A stretch of DNA of 64,000 nt. Origin: Azolla caroliniana (lineage: Eukaryota > Plantae > Polypodiophyta). Below the pieces are notes generated by a model, which saw only the letters and a program-made list of their open reading frames with translations, did not search any database and was not told the origin of the DNA. Within the stretch, counting starts at the first letter, position 1. Each line of letters opens with the position of its first letter. The stretch lies in assembly GCA_043228905.1 (NCBI GenBank), contig JBHGNT010000011.1:12772001-12836000 (forward strand), written 5' to 3'. Below, in pieces: positions 25,801 through 38,940 of the stretch. A program made the translations under genes and the position numbers.

Positions 25801-26328
25801 CATTTGGAGAGGCTACGCAAGATCCAGATGGATCTCTCTACTCACCTTCGTCATGCTCAACACACACAGAAGACTTATGCGGATCGTCATCGGATTCCCT
25901 CCTCTTTTGCCATCGGAGATCGAGTATGGCTCTTACGTCATCACATCAAGACTACTCGACCGTGCGACAAGTTGGATTATCGACGACTCGGTTCCTTCCG
26001 TATTACGGGTAAGATTAATGATGTCACATTCCGCCTTAATCTCGCTCCGCAACTTCAGATACATCCGGTTTTCCATTGTTCTTTTCTTGAACCTTATAAA
26101 GCAAACATCATTCCCGATCGTGTGATACCACCGCCGCCCCCGTTGGAGTTGGATGCCGGCCCGGAGTATGAAGTTGCTGCCATCCTCGATTCCAAACTTT
26201 ATTACTTGGTCGATTGGCTCGGTTATAGTCTGAGCGAACGTACTTGGGAACCCGTCGAGCATGTTGCCAATGCACAGGATCTTCTTGCTGATTTCCACCG
26301 AAAGTATCCGGACAAACCCGGTCCGTAA
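22812..26328 (+). pseudogene. pol: Chromovirus pol (PR-RT-RH-INT-chromodomain)
   Basis: ALLDSGANSCF; YLDD; RNaseH; integrase; EYEVAAILDS..WLGY..TWEP; in the -1 frame relative to gag. Confidence 0.93.
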
Positions 26329-27734
26329 TTAGCGCCGACTCGTTCCACTCATCGTCTTTAAGGGGGAGATAGTGTCATGAGATGGCAAGACTCGAACCCA
26401 TGTCCTTATGCTACATGGGTCGAGCTCTTACCATTAGACTATGAATTGTAATTTGTAGGATATTATTTTCATTTATGCTTTATAATAGAAAATTGATGTA
26501 TATTCCAGATCTCTCTGGAACATTCTAGAAGCTTGAGGATTATTCCTAAAAACACTATAAAAGGAGGCACAAGGCATTGTTTTGAACCAAATTGGTTCAA
26601 CGCTAGTCTTAAGCCTCTTAGCCGATTTGTACTTATCTTTTCACATAATATAAGAACTGTTGTCATCATCCTTCTCTCTCTCTCATTCTTGTTATCTCTC
26701 TCTCTCTCTCTCCTCTTCTCACTTCCTCTCTTGGGAATCTTACGCAGTCCCGTCCCCTTAGTACTAATAGTATTGCTCTTCTTTAGTACTAGTTCCATCT
26801 CTGCTTTAGTACTATTCCTGACAGAGGCTAGACGAGGCGTTGAGGCTGGAGTTCTTTTGTCAGGTGATAGACGACCGGAGGTACGCGAAAGTAAAAGGGG
26901 CTCCAGGAAGCTCATAATTTGTGGGAGGCCTTCGAAGGGGCGCTCCTACAGGCATACGAAGGACGACCAAAAAGCCAGGGGCGGTGTGACTTCAACCAAT
27001 GGGTAGCATCGACAAAGACCTACTGGGGCGCAACGAAGGTGTTCCAAGAGTTCGAGCGGCGGCTTGCTCGGTTCCCGGAGTGAGAATAAAGATTGATGGG
27101 GATGGACAAGGTCCAGTTGTTCGTTACGTTGATCAAACGAGTGGAACGGGAGGCCATCGTAATTTTGCTCGAAGATGACGACAGAGCAAATGACCTTACC
27201 GACGACTGGTCGAAAGCCAAACGAGTATGTCGGCGGTTGGATGAGGAGCATCCCTTGAAAGGAAAGGGAAAGATGTTGTGTGACGGCACGATATCACAGT
27301 AGGGAGCGACGAGGCTCGATATCGAAGCCCTTGTCCGGGAAGCGTTCGAGGCTCTGAAGGCAAATGTCGAAGAGGAGGAGAGATCTGGCACACGGTCGGA
27401 TTTCCGGAGTCTCGGAGCTAGTCGGCCCTCAGGACAAGGCGAATGCGGCCCATGTAGAGGCAGTAAAATGGTACCACGGGAGAGGGTGTAGAGCAAGACA
27501 CCCTCTCGGCTTGCGGAGGAAGACCGATCGAGGAAGAGGTCGGATTTGGGGACATGATGATCGCAGGTTCAGAAAGAGACTGACGGTTTCGGGCACCGCT
27601 ACCTGAAATTCCGGACATTGGAGAAGCAAGCCCAGGCAGGGCTTGCATGATCAAAGGAGAGATAACTTCTACCTACCCCACCAAGGAGTCGGTGGCTATG
27701 GACAAGTTGTCGGAAGGCGAATTTTTGAAATCAT

Positions 27735-30190
27735 TCCCCACATGGTTTCCGGAGACTTCGGCAATTCGGCGGCAATGTGAGACCGGAGATATGGAAGGTG
27801 GCGGCAGGAATGCCTAGGAGGAGAGGAGGACGACTTGGGGGTCGGACGGAGAGATCCCTCCACACCATTTCCGTAGACTTTGGTAGTTCGGCCCACGTGG
27901 CAACGTGAGACCGGAGAGAAGGAAGGTGGCGGCGAGGCGACTCAGTTGAGAGAAGTGCAAAAGGAAGAAGCGAAACGAAGGATGGTCCTATGGGTCTCCT
28001 CACACTTAAGCCGGAGACTTCGGCAGGCAGCCCCGAGAGCCGACGTGAGATCGGAGAGAAGGATAGTGGCGGCGGGAGAACGAGATTCGACAATGCAGAG
28101 GAGTGCAGACGGAGTGGTCCCTCCACAATGGATCCGAAGACTTTGGCAGTTTGGTCAATGTGGTAACGTGAGACTGGAGAGAAGGAAGGTGGTGGCGAGA
28201 GGACATGGCCCGATGCCAGCATACGTGAAAGGGAGGATGAGGTCAGCGAGGCAACCAAAGAAGAAACCACGGTGGGTGCGGGAGATGAAATCGGCTGAGA
28301 CCGATCTGTGCAAATGATGAGTTGGCCCAGTCGGAGGTGGATGCAACATGGGCCGGTGAGCACGAACAAAGACGGATGTGGAGAAGAGCCCTCCACGTCG
28401 ATTCCGGAGACTTCGATAGTCGAGCCCGTATGCCAACGTGAGACCAGAGAGATGGAAGGCGGAAACGAGGAGTCTTGGCACGATGCCAACGAAGATGGAT
28501 GTGAGATGGCCTGTGAGGAGGCCAAGGAGGAAGCCGCGGTAGAGTGAAGTAGAGTGAAGTATAGACGCAAGAGGCGGTGCCGAAATAAGAGGAGTCGGAA
28601 TTCGGCCCGACCGGGAGCCTATTCGGTCGGCATTCCTATTTGGATGGAGCATGATCTGGGCATGGATCGTTCGATTGAAACCAGGACGAGATGCAGAATA
28701 CAACGGAGAGGCAGTTGAGCCCGATCGACAGGGGACGGGTCTCGACGAGAATCGGGAATGCCGAATTCCGGATGAATGATCTAGAGAGAAGCAAAAGATG
28801 GGGTGAATGCAGAGAAGGGAATAAGCGAAGTCGGTGGCCCGAAGGGAAGACCCGAGAGGGATCCTCCACACCTAATCTAGAGACTTCGGCCGTTACGGAT
28901 CAACATAAGACCACGGAGACGGATGGTGACGGCAAGGGGACAAAGGTCGCAGTAGGCGAAGGCACCGAGAGTATCGAGCGGAGTGCCATGGAGAACAACA
29001 GAGGCCAAGCGGGCCAAGCGGGCCAATTGGGCAAAGAGGGTGTTCCTCGGAGCGGAGCAACGTTACCGAAAGAGGCGGAGGACTCTCCTCCTACTTCATA
29101 CTAAGTCGGTTGTGACTCCTTGTAATGCTACAATTTTGTATCTCCATTCTACTTGTGAAATATAAATCTTCTTCTTCTTGAGTATTTTATTATCTTGGTT
29201 ATCTATCTTGTGTTCTCTTCTCTCCTCTATTTTTTTTTCTCTCTCTCTCACACACACATAGCACACATATCTATTCCGATGCACAAGAATCACCATCGAT
29301 TCTTTACAGTCCTCCACACTCGTTCCGGAGACCTCGATAGTTCGGCCGCCGTGGTAATGTAAGACCGAGGAGAAGGGAGATGGAGGCGAGGACACGGAGG
29401 GCAAGGTTGATACAAGGGATGAAGGATAGTTACGGACAAACGACGGACGGTTGAGCCGAGCCGAGATTGGGGCCAAATGTGGGCCGAACAAAATGAGATT
29501 TGGACGGCCGAGCTGAACAAGAGTTGAACCGAACCGATTGGCAGGGTCGGAAGAACCGAGATGAGGGACATGCAAGGTGTACGGGTCAGTGACCTCAAGA
29601 CAACGGAGGCCCTAGAAGGATCCTCCACGCCTGCTCCGAAGACCATGACAGTTCGGACCCCGTGGCAACGTAAGACCGAAGAGAAGGAAGGTGTTGGCAA
29701 CGGGATGAAGGCGATAGCGGAAAGAGACACCGAGCAACCAATGTGTTGTAGAGACAACGGAGGCCATGTGGGCTGGAAGACAAGGGCGATCCATGTGCGG
29801 GTAGCGACGTTGAAGGCTACCGAGGAGACCAAGATGGAGAGACAACGTACCCGTCCGAGAGGGTATGCACCGAGGCGAAGCAAGGAACGTGCATATGGCC
29901 ACTAAGGGGCCGAGAAGTGAGCATGGCGGAGGACCGGAGTTCGGCACGGGCGGTGCCGGGCCGAGGAGGCGGAGAGGGTGAGCCTTTCGGAAGGCAAGAG
30001 GAAAGGGCAAGACAAAGCATGAAAGTGCCGAAACGGGAGTGCTGAAACGGGAGTGCCAATGTGAAGACGGATTGCACGGAGTGGCTACAAGAATCGAAGG
30101 CCCAAGGAGGATCCTCCACACCGGTTCCGAAGGCCTCGGCAGTTCGGCCGCCGTAGCAATGTGAGACCAAGGAGAAGGAAGATGTCAGCG
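27735..30190 (+). repeat. About 9 interspersed ~85-bp modules in the internal region of E5
   Basis: Consensus-like GATCCTCCACAC..TCCGGAGACTTCGGCAGTTCGGCC..GTGGCAACGTGAGACCGGAGAGAAGGAAGGTGG at ~27735, 27853, 27993, 28116, 28386, 28859 (half), 29309, 29618 and 30109. Confidence 0.8.
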
Positions 30191-30449
30191 AGGGACGAAG
30201 GTGATTGTGGATGACAACACCGAACAAGCAATGAAGGCATCACAAAGAACGACGGGGCCAAGCAGGTCGACGAAAGGAGGTGATCCTCGGGCGGAGCAAC
30301 GTGCTGAACACTACGAAGGACACCGAAGCGGAGGATCGACACGAGTGTCGGGAAGGAAGTGTACCTTCGCGGGAAGGTACACAAAGGACGGAGCAAGAGG
30401 CATGCATATGGTCGATCGAGAACCGAAGGACAAACATGCGTTTGGAGGA

Positions 30450-30892
30450 GTTGCGATGAAGACAGACAGGTCAGAACGAGCCTACGAAGAGGCGAGCACG
30501 AGTCGGAAGGAAGGAACCGAAGCTGACAATTCGGGACTGGCGAAGGCCGACATGACAATCGGGAAGCAGAGTACAGAAGGCCCGATTTGATCATTGCGGC
30601 CGGGATCTATCACCCTCTCTCTCTTGGAACATACCGATGATATGCAGTTTGGTGGGGGCGGATGTCGTGATGTTGCGACGAAGACAGACAGGTCAGAACG
30701 AGCCTACGAAGAGGCGAGCACGAGTCGGAAGGAAGGAACCGAAGCTGATAGTTCGGGACCGGCGAAGGCCGACATGACAATCGGGAAGCGGAGTACGGAA
30801 GGCCCGATTTGATCATTGCGGCCGGGATCTATCACCCTCTCTCTCTTGGAGCATACCGGTGATGTGCAGTTTGGTGGGGGTGGATGTCGTGA
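30450..30892 (+). repeat. 221-bp tandem duplication that includes the PPT and the first 8 nt of the LTR
   Basis: 30450-30670 and 30672-30892 both end GGTGGGGG(C/T)GGATGTCGTGA. Confidence 0.9.
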
Positions 30893-31363
30893 AGATTCCC
30901 GGCCACAGTGAGAAAACCGGGTGGAATGGGCAAAGTCGGCAATGTTGACCATGTGCATTCGAAAATGTGTATAAAATAACAAGGGGATATTTATCCCACA
31001 TTGTAACGTCCTTCCTTTCTTGGATAATAAAAGGAGAGGAAGGGGCACTTATGTGGGGTTGCCCATTTTGAGTTAGCAAGGTATATTGTTAGATCTAGGG
31101 TTTCACCGTAGTTTTATCTTCTTCTTACTTTCGTTTTAGGGTTTTGTTTATGTCTTCTTCTTTGTCTTCATGTGGGTTGAGTCTTTGTCTATTAAGGGTT
31201 TAGTCCGGTAGAGAGCTTGCATGTACTAGTGGTTTACTTTATGCTCTGTTCCATGTGAAAGATCCCGCTCAGCGCAACGAGCCCGAGAGCTCCCCCGACC
31301 GGCGGCTTGGTGGCAGACATCTGCCTTAACCTGATCTACCTAAGTTCAGCTCAAAACCGGCAT

Positions 31364-32064
31364 TGTCATAGTGTATTTCGTACACTACGTGAAAAAAAGA
31401 AGAAGAAAATATCAAAATAAGCATTACATGCATAGGGCAAGATTCAAGCCTTGCACCTCCATGTTAATAATGTAATGTCTTACCATTGCACTAACATTTC
31501 ATTAGTGTTAAAAAGTAGATGTTCCACATAGAAAAGTTAGTTCACCTAGGATAAACTTTAGTTAAAAGAAAACGCATGCTAAAAGAAAAAGCTACGCATA
31601 CACATCTAGCGTGCATGAACGCTATAGTTGATAAAAAACGCACAAGTTAGAAAAAGCATGATCACTTTAGATAAAGCATATAGTCTATCTATAGGAAAAG
31701 CATGGAGTCTATAGTTAGAGAAAAAAAAGTATGGATTCCTAAGACTCCCTCATCACTACATAAGGATGGGGAGCACAATGTAATAGGGGTGTGAAATATT
31801 TGGGAAATTGGATATATTTCCTAAAACACCAATTAATAAACTATACTCGTGGGATTCACGAGATTTCTATATCTTTCTCTATCAATCGAAATACATATTC
31901 TTACATAAATATTAATCAATAAAACACATTATACTTGTGGTATTCACAAGTTTCTAATAATCTACTCATAATTAGAACCGTCTCAAATTCTTCCTCCTCC
32001 TAGTCCAAAACCCTAGCGGTTCCCACCCGACTCACGCAATGATCTGGTGCCGAAAGGCACGACA
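31364..32064 (+). mobile_element. Solo LTR (same family as 49855-50711)
   Basis: TGTCATAGTG...GGCACGACA; TSD GCAT/ACAT. Confidence 0.85.
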
Positions 32065-32202
32065 ACATTGTAATTTCATGGTCTTGTATATACATTCATA
32101 TGAAGTTGTGCATATCTGTGTCTTTGTTGGTGTCAGGTGCGTTTCTTTCTTTCTGGCTTTTGTACATAGGAAGCGTGTGTTGAGTCGGTGCTGCGCATGT
32201 GT

Positions 32203-32238
<36 letters not shown>

Positions 32239-32970
32239 GTCCGCCGGAATAGTACCCGGCGGACAAGAGCGCAGTAATATAGAATAGAGTAATATTGTAA
32301 CGCATGTAAATGGTTCACGCGGGAAGCGTGAACAACTAAAAGACCCTGCGTATATAAAGGGTAGAAACCCTCTCATAGAGGTAGCGTGTAATTTTGAATG
32401 TAAAAGGCATATTTTAATAGAGTTCTATCTTCTCTGATTCCTGTGCGTATCTGTGGTTAATCTACTGTGTGTCTATGATTCTTGGTGGTGTAGCGCAGTC
32501 GTAAGAGTGTAGGCATGAGTAATAGTGTCATTGCTAGTCCACTGTTTAAGGAGTTCGGTTGTAGCCGTCTCCCTTATACGCTACTAGGATATTGGAGGTA
32601 TCCCACTAAGTATTACGCTACGACGATACCATTCGTTGCAACACATTCACTATGAGGTCTAGGTCGAAGGACTGACCGTAGACCGTGTTCCTAATTGGTA
32701 ACACGTTTGGCACGCCTGGTGATCTGTGTCTTCTCACAGACGAACAACGACGAATGGATGTTTAGCCGCAGACGCCCTAGAGAACCAACACGACAAGATC
32801 GACCAATCACAAGGTCCATCACACGCGAGGCAGAGGAACGCGCACGGCAAAAGCCTCGCCTCAGTGACCTCAGTGATACCTATCGGGACCACAAAGATGA
32901 TTTCTCGCTCCCCAAATACCTCGGCGGTACGAAGGAAGTGGGCTCACCACAAAAGCACTGTGGTCTTTCC

Positions 32971-33732
32971 ATGCCCGTCGTAGCATCCAACATGGCCTTT
33001 GCTTATCCCCGCTTCAACGGCGAAACTGACGCCGCAACCCACATCTGACTGTTCCTCAATGTCTGGAATGCAAACCACATGCTGTAGAGCCTTTCCGAAG
33101 CAGTAGCGCACCAGACCAAAATGATGGAGTTCAGATTAACCTTGGATGGGAGAGCGGCGTTTTGGCATTCGTAGATGGATCTGCCAACAATCACGACCTT
33201 CGACCAACTGCAGTCAGCCTTTCTGCGTTTTTTTCATTGGAGGGTGCCGCAACGCGAATTCCTCGCGCAGTTTTATACAATTAAATAGTTGCCGACCGGG
33301 ACGGTAGCGGATTTCAGATTACGCTTCCAAAATCTACGGCGGAAATTAGAACGGGGCCCAACGGAAGACGAGGCTAGGGAGACATTTTTGGCAGCATTAC
33401 GACGACCCATACGGACAACGCTAAACAACAATACCGTGAAAGGGGAAACGACCGATATGGTCATAGAAAGAGCGCTATAGCTCGAGCTGGACGAAGAAGA
33501 GGAAAGGTTTTCCATGTCCTCATTACGACAAGCGTTACCTCAGGACGGGGAACGACATTTTCACCAAGTCATCCAGTGCACGATTTGCTTGAATTCGGGG
33601 CATTCCGCAGTTGAATGCAACATGCGAATCCACTGTCCAATTTGTCACTCAAAAGCTCATACAGTTGAGCAGTGCAAGTACAATATGTTGAACATATCAA
33701 CGCCCACAGTACGCAACGTGGAAACATAGCGT
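32971..33732 (+). pseudogene. gag: gag with a double CCHC knuckle (continues at 42432-43029)
   Basis: YPRFNGETDA; TVADFRLRFQNL; CTICLNSGHSAVEC..CPICHSKAHTVEQC. Confidence 0.8.
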
Positions 33733-35476
33733 TGTCGTGAAGAATTTCGTCCAGAGGTGGAAACCGGGGAAATATTGGCTACATCGGTGGGGTGCACCAT
33801 GTGCACTCACCCTCATGTAATTGTCTGAATAATAAGAGTCAAGTCGGGACGAAGAATCCCATGTAAATCGGGATTTATCCCACATTGTAACGCATCCCTC
33901 TCCTTGTTCTATAAAAGGAAGGGAGCGCCCTTTGTGAAAGGGTTGCCCATTTTGCGTTAGAGGGTATACCGTTAGATTTAGGGTTAGTTACTCTTCTTCC
34001 TCTTCTTCTTCTCCCCCCCCCCTTCGTGTTTTGCTTAGGGTTTGCTTCGGCTCGGCCTCCTGTGCAAGACCCCGCTCGGCGCGACGAACCGAGAGCTCCC
34101 CGACGGCGGCTTGACAACAGACGACTGCTGTAACCTACCTTGGTCCGGCACGAAGCCGGGAATGTATTCTTCCATTCATATATATACATTTGTGTCTGTC
34201 TGTGCGTATTCATGTCTCTGTTGGGGTCCGGTGTTTGTACGGGTGTTTTTGGTGTTCCCCTTTCCTGCGTTTCCTGTGCATAAGGGCGTGAGTCGTGTCA
34301 GCCTGTGTGTGCGTGAGTCAGTGTCAAGCGCGCGCTGTCGTGGCGTGGCTCGCCTAGAAGCGTAGCGTTGCGTAGACAAAGGATAACGTGAAAGTGAGGA
34401 AGGAATCACTGGGATTATGGACGGAAGAGACGAAAGAGTAGAGATAGATAAATAGTGATCAACAAGATATGACAAGATAGGATATAGAATGATATTTGAA
34501 GCAATAAAAGAGATTTATAATTATTTGATAAAAGAGTTACAAAATGATTGTACACGTCGTTGAACCTCCGAACTTTGTCTTGCAAGGTAATCGCTCTTCT
34601 CTTTCTTGATCGTAGGCCACTACAATCTTCACTTCAATATTTTGATGAAGATAAGGCTCGAACCGCCTCCCTCTTGTTGAGAGTTGACCACCACGACCGC
34701 CAAGCTAGAGCTCCACCTTTATCTTGAACTTCTTCCTTTCTTTCTCTATTTTATGGTATCTCTTATGTAATATATATTTGATTGATATCTCATACATATC
34801 TCCCTTTGATCTTCTCTTTCACCATTTAAATAGGTGCCCCCATGCATATGATGCATTGGAGGGTACAAATCATGCATGTAGTGCATGAAATGCATGTGAT
34901 GCATGATCGCCATTTGGCGTTCATGCATTACATGTGATGCATGATAAACATCTCGCTCATTTGAGCTTTTATATATGAAACAATATATGCAATAACAATA
35001 AACATGAAAACCTAATCTTAAAGAGAAAGGGCCTAGCCTAATGGTAGGTGTGTCAACTTTGGTGTATGAGGTTGTGGGTTTGAGTCTCAAAATGCTATTG
35101 AATACAACATACAACTTTATTTTTATATCATGAAGCAAATCCTTTATGTAATATAAAGTATATATAAAGTATGCTTTATTTTATGTATATTACTAGTATA
35201 GAGTAAATGGTAAGATTTGAGAGTCATAGGGTGGGGTTATCGGTTCAAGTCCTCTCTTGTTCGTGTAATATAATATATCTATCTATATATATATATTATT
35301 TTTCTTTACATATATATAATATTATCATATGTGTTGTTAATATTATCTTTATATATAAAACATTATCAAATGTTATTTTAGTTACGTATTTATCTTATTG
35401 TAGACTTTTAATGTGAAGCTTTCGTACTTCACGACATCCACCCCCTCTAGACCTGCACATCCTCCGGCATGTGCCA

Positions 35477-38400
35477 CTATCTTTCATCTTCATGTTGATC
35501 TATTGGAGGAGGTTCAAGCTCAAACCTTTTCTTAAATACTTTTATCCTCTTTCCAGCTACCACATTTAGGATTAGTGTCCCATCCAATTCACTAAGCTTA
35601 TAAGTAAAGTTATCATATACTTTTCTTACTATATAAGGCCCAAACCATCTTTCAGTGAACTTGCGAACGGTGCTATGTTGATTATCTAAACTGCTATCAT
35701 ACACGAGCACCCAATCTCCTTCTTCTATTTTCTTAGGTCGAATTCTATGACTTTTATCAAAACGGATTTTATTCTTTAGTCGAGCCTCCTTCAATCGTTG
35801 GGCTGCTATTTCTATATCTTCAGGTCGACGCTCTAATTGTTGAATTCGCAAAGCAAGCAATTCTTCTCTGCTCACCTCTTCTCTCCATGGAATAGATATC
35901 CATGACATAATTGATTCTTCTATCGGCATGATGGGCTTTTGGCCAAGTATCAATTCAGTTGGCATGTATCCTGTTACTGAACTATGAGTTGTTCGATCCG
36001 CCCATAGTGCATAAGGTAGCATGCGTGGCCAATCTCTTATTTCACCTTTACAGCTTTTCACGATCGCCTTAACTATTGGGCTATGTCCTCTTTCAATCTT
36101 TCCATTGGCTTCTGGATTATACGCAGTTGTAAGTGATAATTTGACCCCTATTCGGCTGAAGAATTCTCTAGCTTCATCAGAGTCGAGTTCTCCTCTATCT
36201 GCAATTATTTTACCAACACACCCGTAACGACATATTACATCTTCTAACAAAAATTTACATACAACTCTAGTTGTTTTTTGTCGTAGTGGTCTTCCTTCTA
36301 CTTGGTTTGTAAGGTCTTCTCTTGCTAGTACTAAATATCGCATTTGACCTTCCCCAAGTGGCATTGTCACTAGATCGACCATCCATTTATAATGCATTGA
36401 TGATGAATATGTTGGTTTTAGCTCATCTCGATACCGGATAGTTGAATACCTCTGGCAAACCTCACAGGTTTCCACAAATTTCGTTACATCTTTATACATA
36501 TGTGGCCACCAATACTTTTCTTTCAACTTCATAAATGTCGCCCATATGCCTCTATGTCCTGCCCACAAACTATCATGGAATTCATTAATTAATTTTCTCT
36601 TAATGTCATCCTTACAAATGACTCGAAGAGGATTTTCGGTTGGCCTTTTTGGACGCCTCCATAAATGCCCTTCATGTAAAAAAAACTTGAATGCTCGTCT
36701 TCGAAATTCATTTAATTGTTTCTTCGACCATGATGGGTTGGCTTCTTGAGTCTTTAGAAAATTTCCTATTTCGAACCATTGACCTTCATACTCTGTGTCT
36801 TTGAACATTATACTTACATTAAACTCATCATGAGGCGTAATAGATTCTTGATGAGCAAATTGATGGCTTGTAGTTGCCCAGTTCTTATATTCAGTTTGCA
36901 TCACCTTTTCATTTATGAACCTTGCCCTTGACAGCATATCTGCAACTGGGTTGTCTTTTCCCTTTATATGCCGCAATTCTGGGTTCATGGTTCTGATGTA
37001 TGCAATCCACCGAAGCATTGCAATATCTGGTGTCGTGCAACTTGCTATCATTCCAATGAGTGGCAAACAATCTGTTTCAACCACTACATTTGCTCCGATC
37101 AAGTAATCTCTATCTGTTTTTAATGCAGTAAGCAAACCCCACAATTCTCGTTTAACTTGTGCATAGTTTCTTTGTCTTTCATTTAATATCTTTGCTCCAA
37201 ATCTAATAGCATATCGATGTTGGTCTTCATCTTCTTGGTTGATAACCCAACCGATCCCGATTGGGCTAGTATCAACTGTTACTATAATTGGTCTTTCACC
37301 TTTGTAGTCTGGTTGACGAAGAACTGGTGCTTTCAGTAATGCTTCTTTCAGCTGTTGAACAACTTGTGTATGTTCATCAGTCCAAATAAACTTCTTTCCT
37401 TTTCTTAAAAGTTGGTAGAGAGGATCTGAGACATGTGCAAAGTGTGGTAACCAAATATGATAAAACACACATGCACCCAAAAATCTTCTCACCTCTGTTA
37501 CCGAGTCGCAAACTTCCTTCATATTTTGTATTGCATTAATTTTGATCGGTGAAGGCTTCCTCCCATACCACCCACACATATGACCAACTATTAGAACTTC
37601 GTTTTGCCCAAAGCAAGACTTTGTTCCTGATAGTGTCAAATGTACCTGCTCAAGCTTATTTAAAATACTTTCACAGTCATTAATATGATCCATCACAAAC
37701 TTTCTGCAACCATTTCCAACCATAGTCTCATCTTTCTCTCTTTCTAAGCATCCCTTAATAGGAATATCATCTAAAAATGGCATAGTTACCTTTGGGATGT
37801 ACTCATGTAGAACCTTGTTCATTGCATTCATCATATGAGCAACTGAATTTGTCGCACCTTGAGGTAGAGTGCACATTCGAACCAACCCAATTGGTGTTTT
37901 CATTGTTGTGATATTGCGACTATCAATTGCTAGTTGAAATTGGTCGTATCCTAAATATAGGTCTCCCACAGAGTAAATCGCTCTTCCAGCAAACGCTTCC
38001 ACAAATTCATCAACGATCGGTCCGATTCCCGCATTTCGGATTGTGACCTTGTTGACTGGTTGTAGATCTTGAATGAATCTTAGAGAACCATCTTTCTTTG
38101 GAACTGTGAACCATCTATTGGACTATGGTGCATTTGAAGGCTCTAAAATCTTCATCTTGACTTTATCCTTCAACAGCTCCAACAATTGAGGTAATCGAGC
38201 TCTCGGTACTGCAATAGGTTTAAAATTCCAAGGAATATGAGGGATAGTAAATATTACCATTGGCGTCACCACCTTTGGATTTACACAACCAATCTCCTCA
38301 GCTTTGAATGCGAACGCTTTCCCATGCCTAAAGATCATTTCTTTGAAAGTCGCGATCTCTGATTGCAGAAGAAATTCACCCCTTCCAATTCTCAAGTAAT

Positions 38401-38940
38401 TTATTGTCTCCGAAGTGAAGTGATGTCCAATCTTCTCTATTGGTCGAAGCATAGGCTCAGTTGTTGCTGCCTCCATCTTCTCTTCACTACCAATAGGTAA
38501 TGGTACTGCAGCAGGTTTGACCTTTTTATCTATTGTTTTGTATTTTGTATTACATAAACTTTCTACTTCTTCATATTTACAATTATACCTATCAATCTCA
38601 TAATACATATCAATTGAGTTTACATGTATCTTTCTAACATTCTCATCATCTTCTTTCAAATACATTTCTAACTCTTCTAAAGTATTTGCAAAAGAAATTT
38701 CTTCCATAACACTTTCAATTTGCTCTTCCATTTCAAGTACTCCATTATCCTTCAATGCCTCCTGAAACAAATTAGCATTCTTTTTCAAGTTCCTCTTGCA
38801 TTCATACATCCTAGTCACACATATAGCACCACTTTCAGAAACATGAAATGACTTATTCATATGTTGTAATGCCCTATATGAGGGTCTTTTAATAATGGGA
38901 CTATTGCAACCCTCACTCGCAACAGTCCTAGTCAAAAACC
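35477..38940 (-). pseudogene. pol: pol ORF2 of E6 (RT-RH-INT) with one in-frame TAG at 38123-38125
   Basis: The 278-aa and 841-aa ORFs are in the same frame; the stop replaces Tyr in APYSNRW; PFLDD, VDTSPIGIG, WMVDLV..ADRGE..KIER, WFGPY. Confidence 0.94.

Larger units (their letters stand above)
21157..26823 (+). mobile_element. Tcn1-like chromovirus copy B, structurally complete, decayed
   Basis: LTRs 21157-21615 and 26373-26823; 5-bp TSD GAGGC/GAGGC; PPT AAGGGGGAGATAG; no tRNA-type PBS. Confidence 0.96.

Noticed and set aside
27735-30190. CRISPR array
   Set aside because: The repeats are ~85 bp and degenerate, the spacers vary about tenfold in length, there are no cas genes, and the context is a eukaryotic retroelement.
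27731-30594. Long minus-strand Ser/Pro/Leu-rich ORFs
   Set aside because: These are antisense shadows of GA-rich, stop-poor sequence with no recognisable domains.
34746-35138. His/Met-rich 130-aa ORF (repeated at 41580-41972)
   Set aside because: It comes from CATG/ATGC repeats inside the LTR; the duplication simply reflects the LTR pair.
38123-38125. Programmed stop-codon readthrough in E6 pol
   Set aside because: The TAG replaces a Tyr codon conserved in E1 and E7, so it is an ordinary nonsense mutation.
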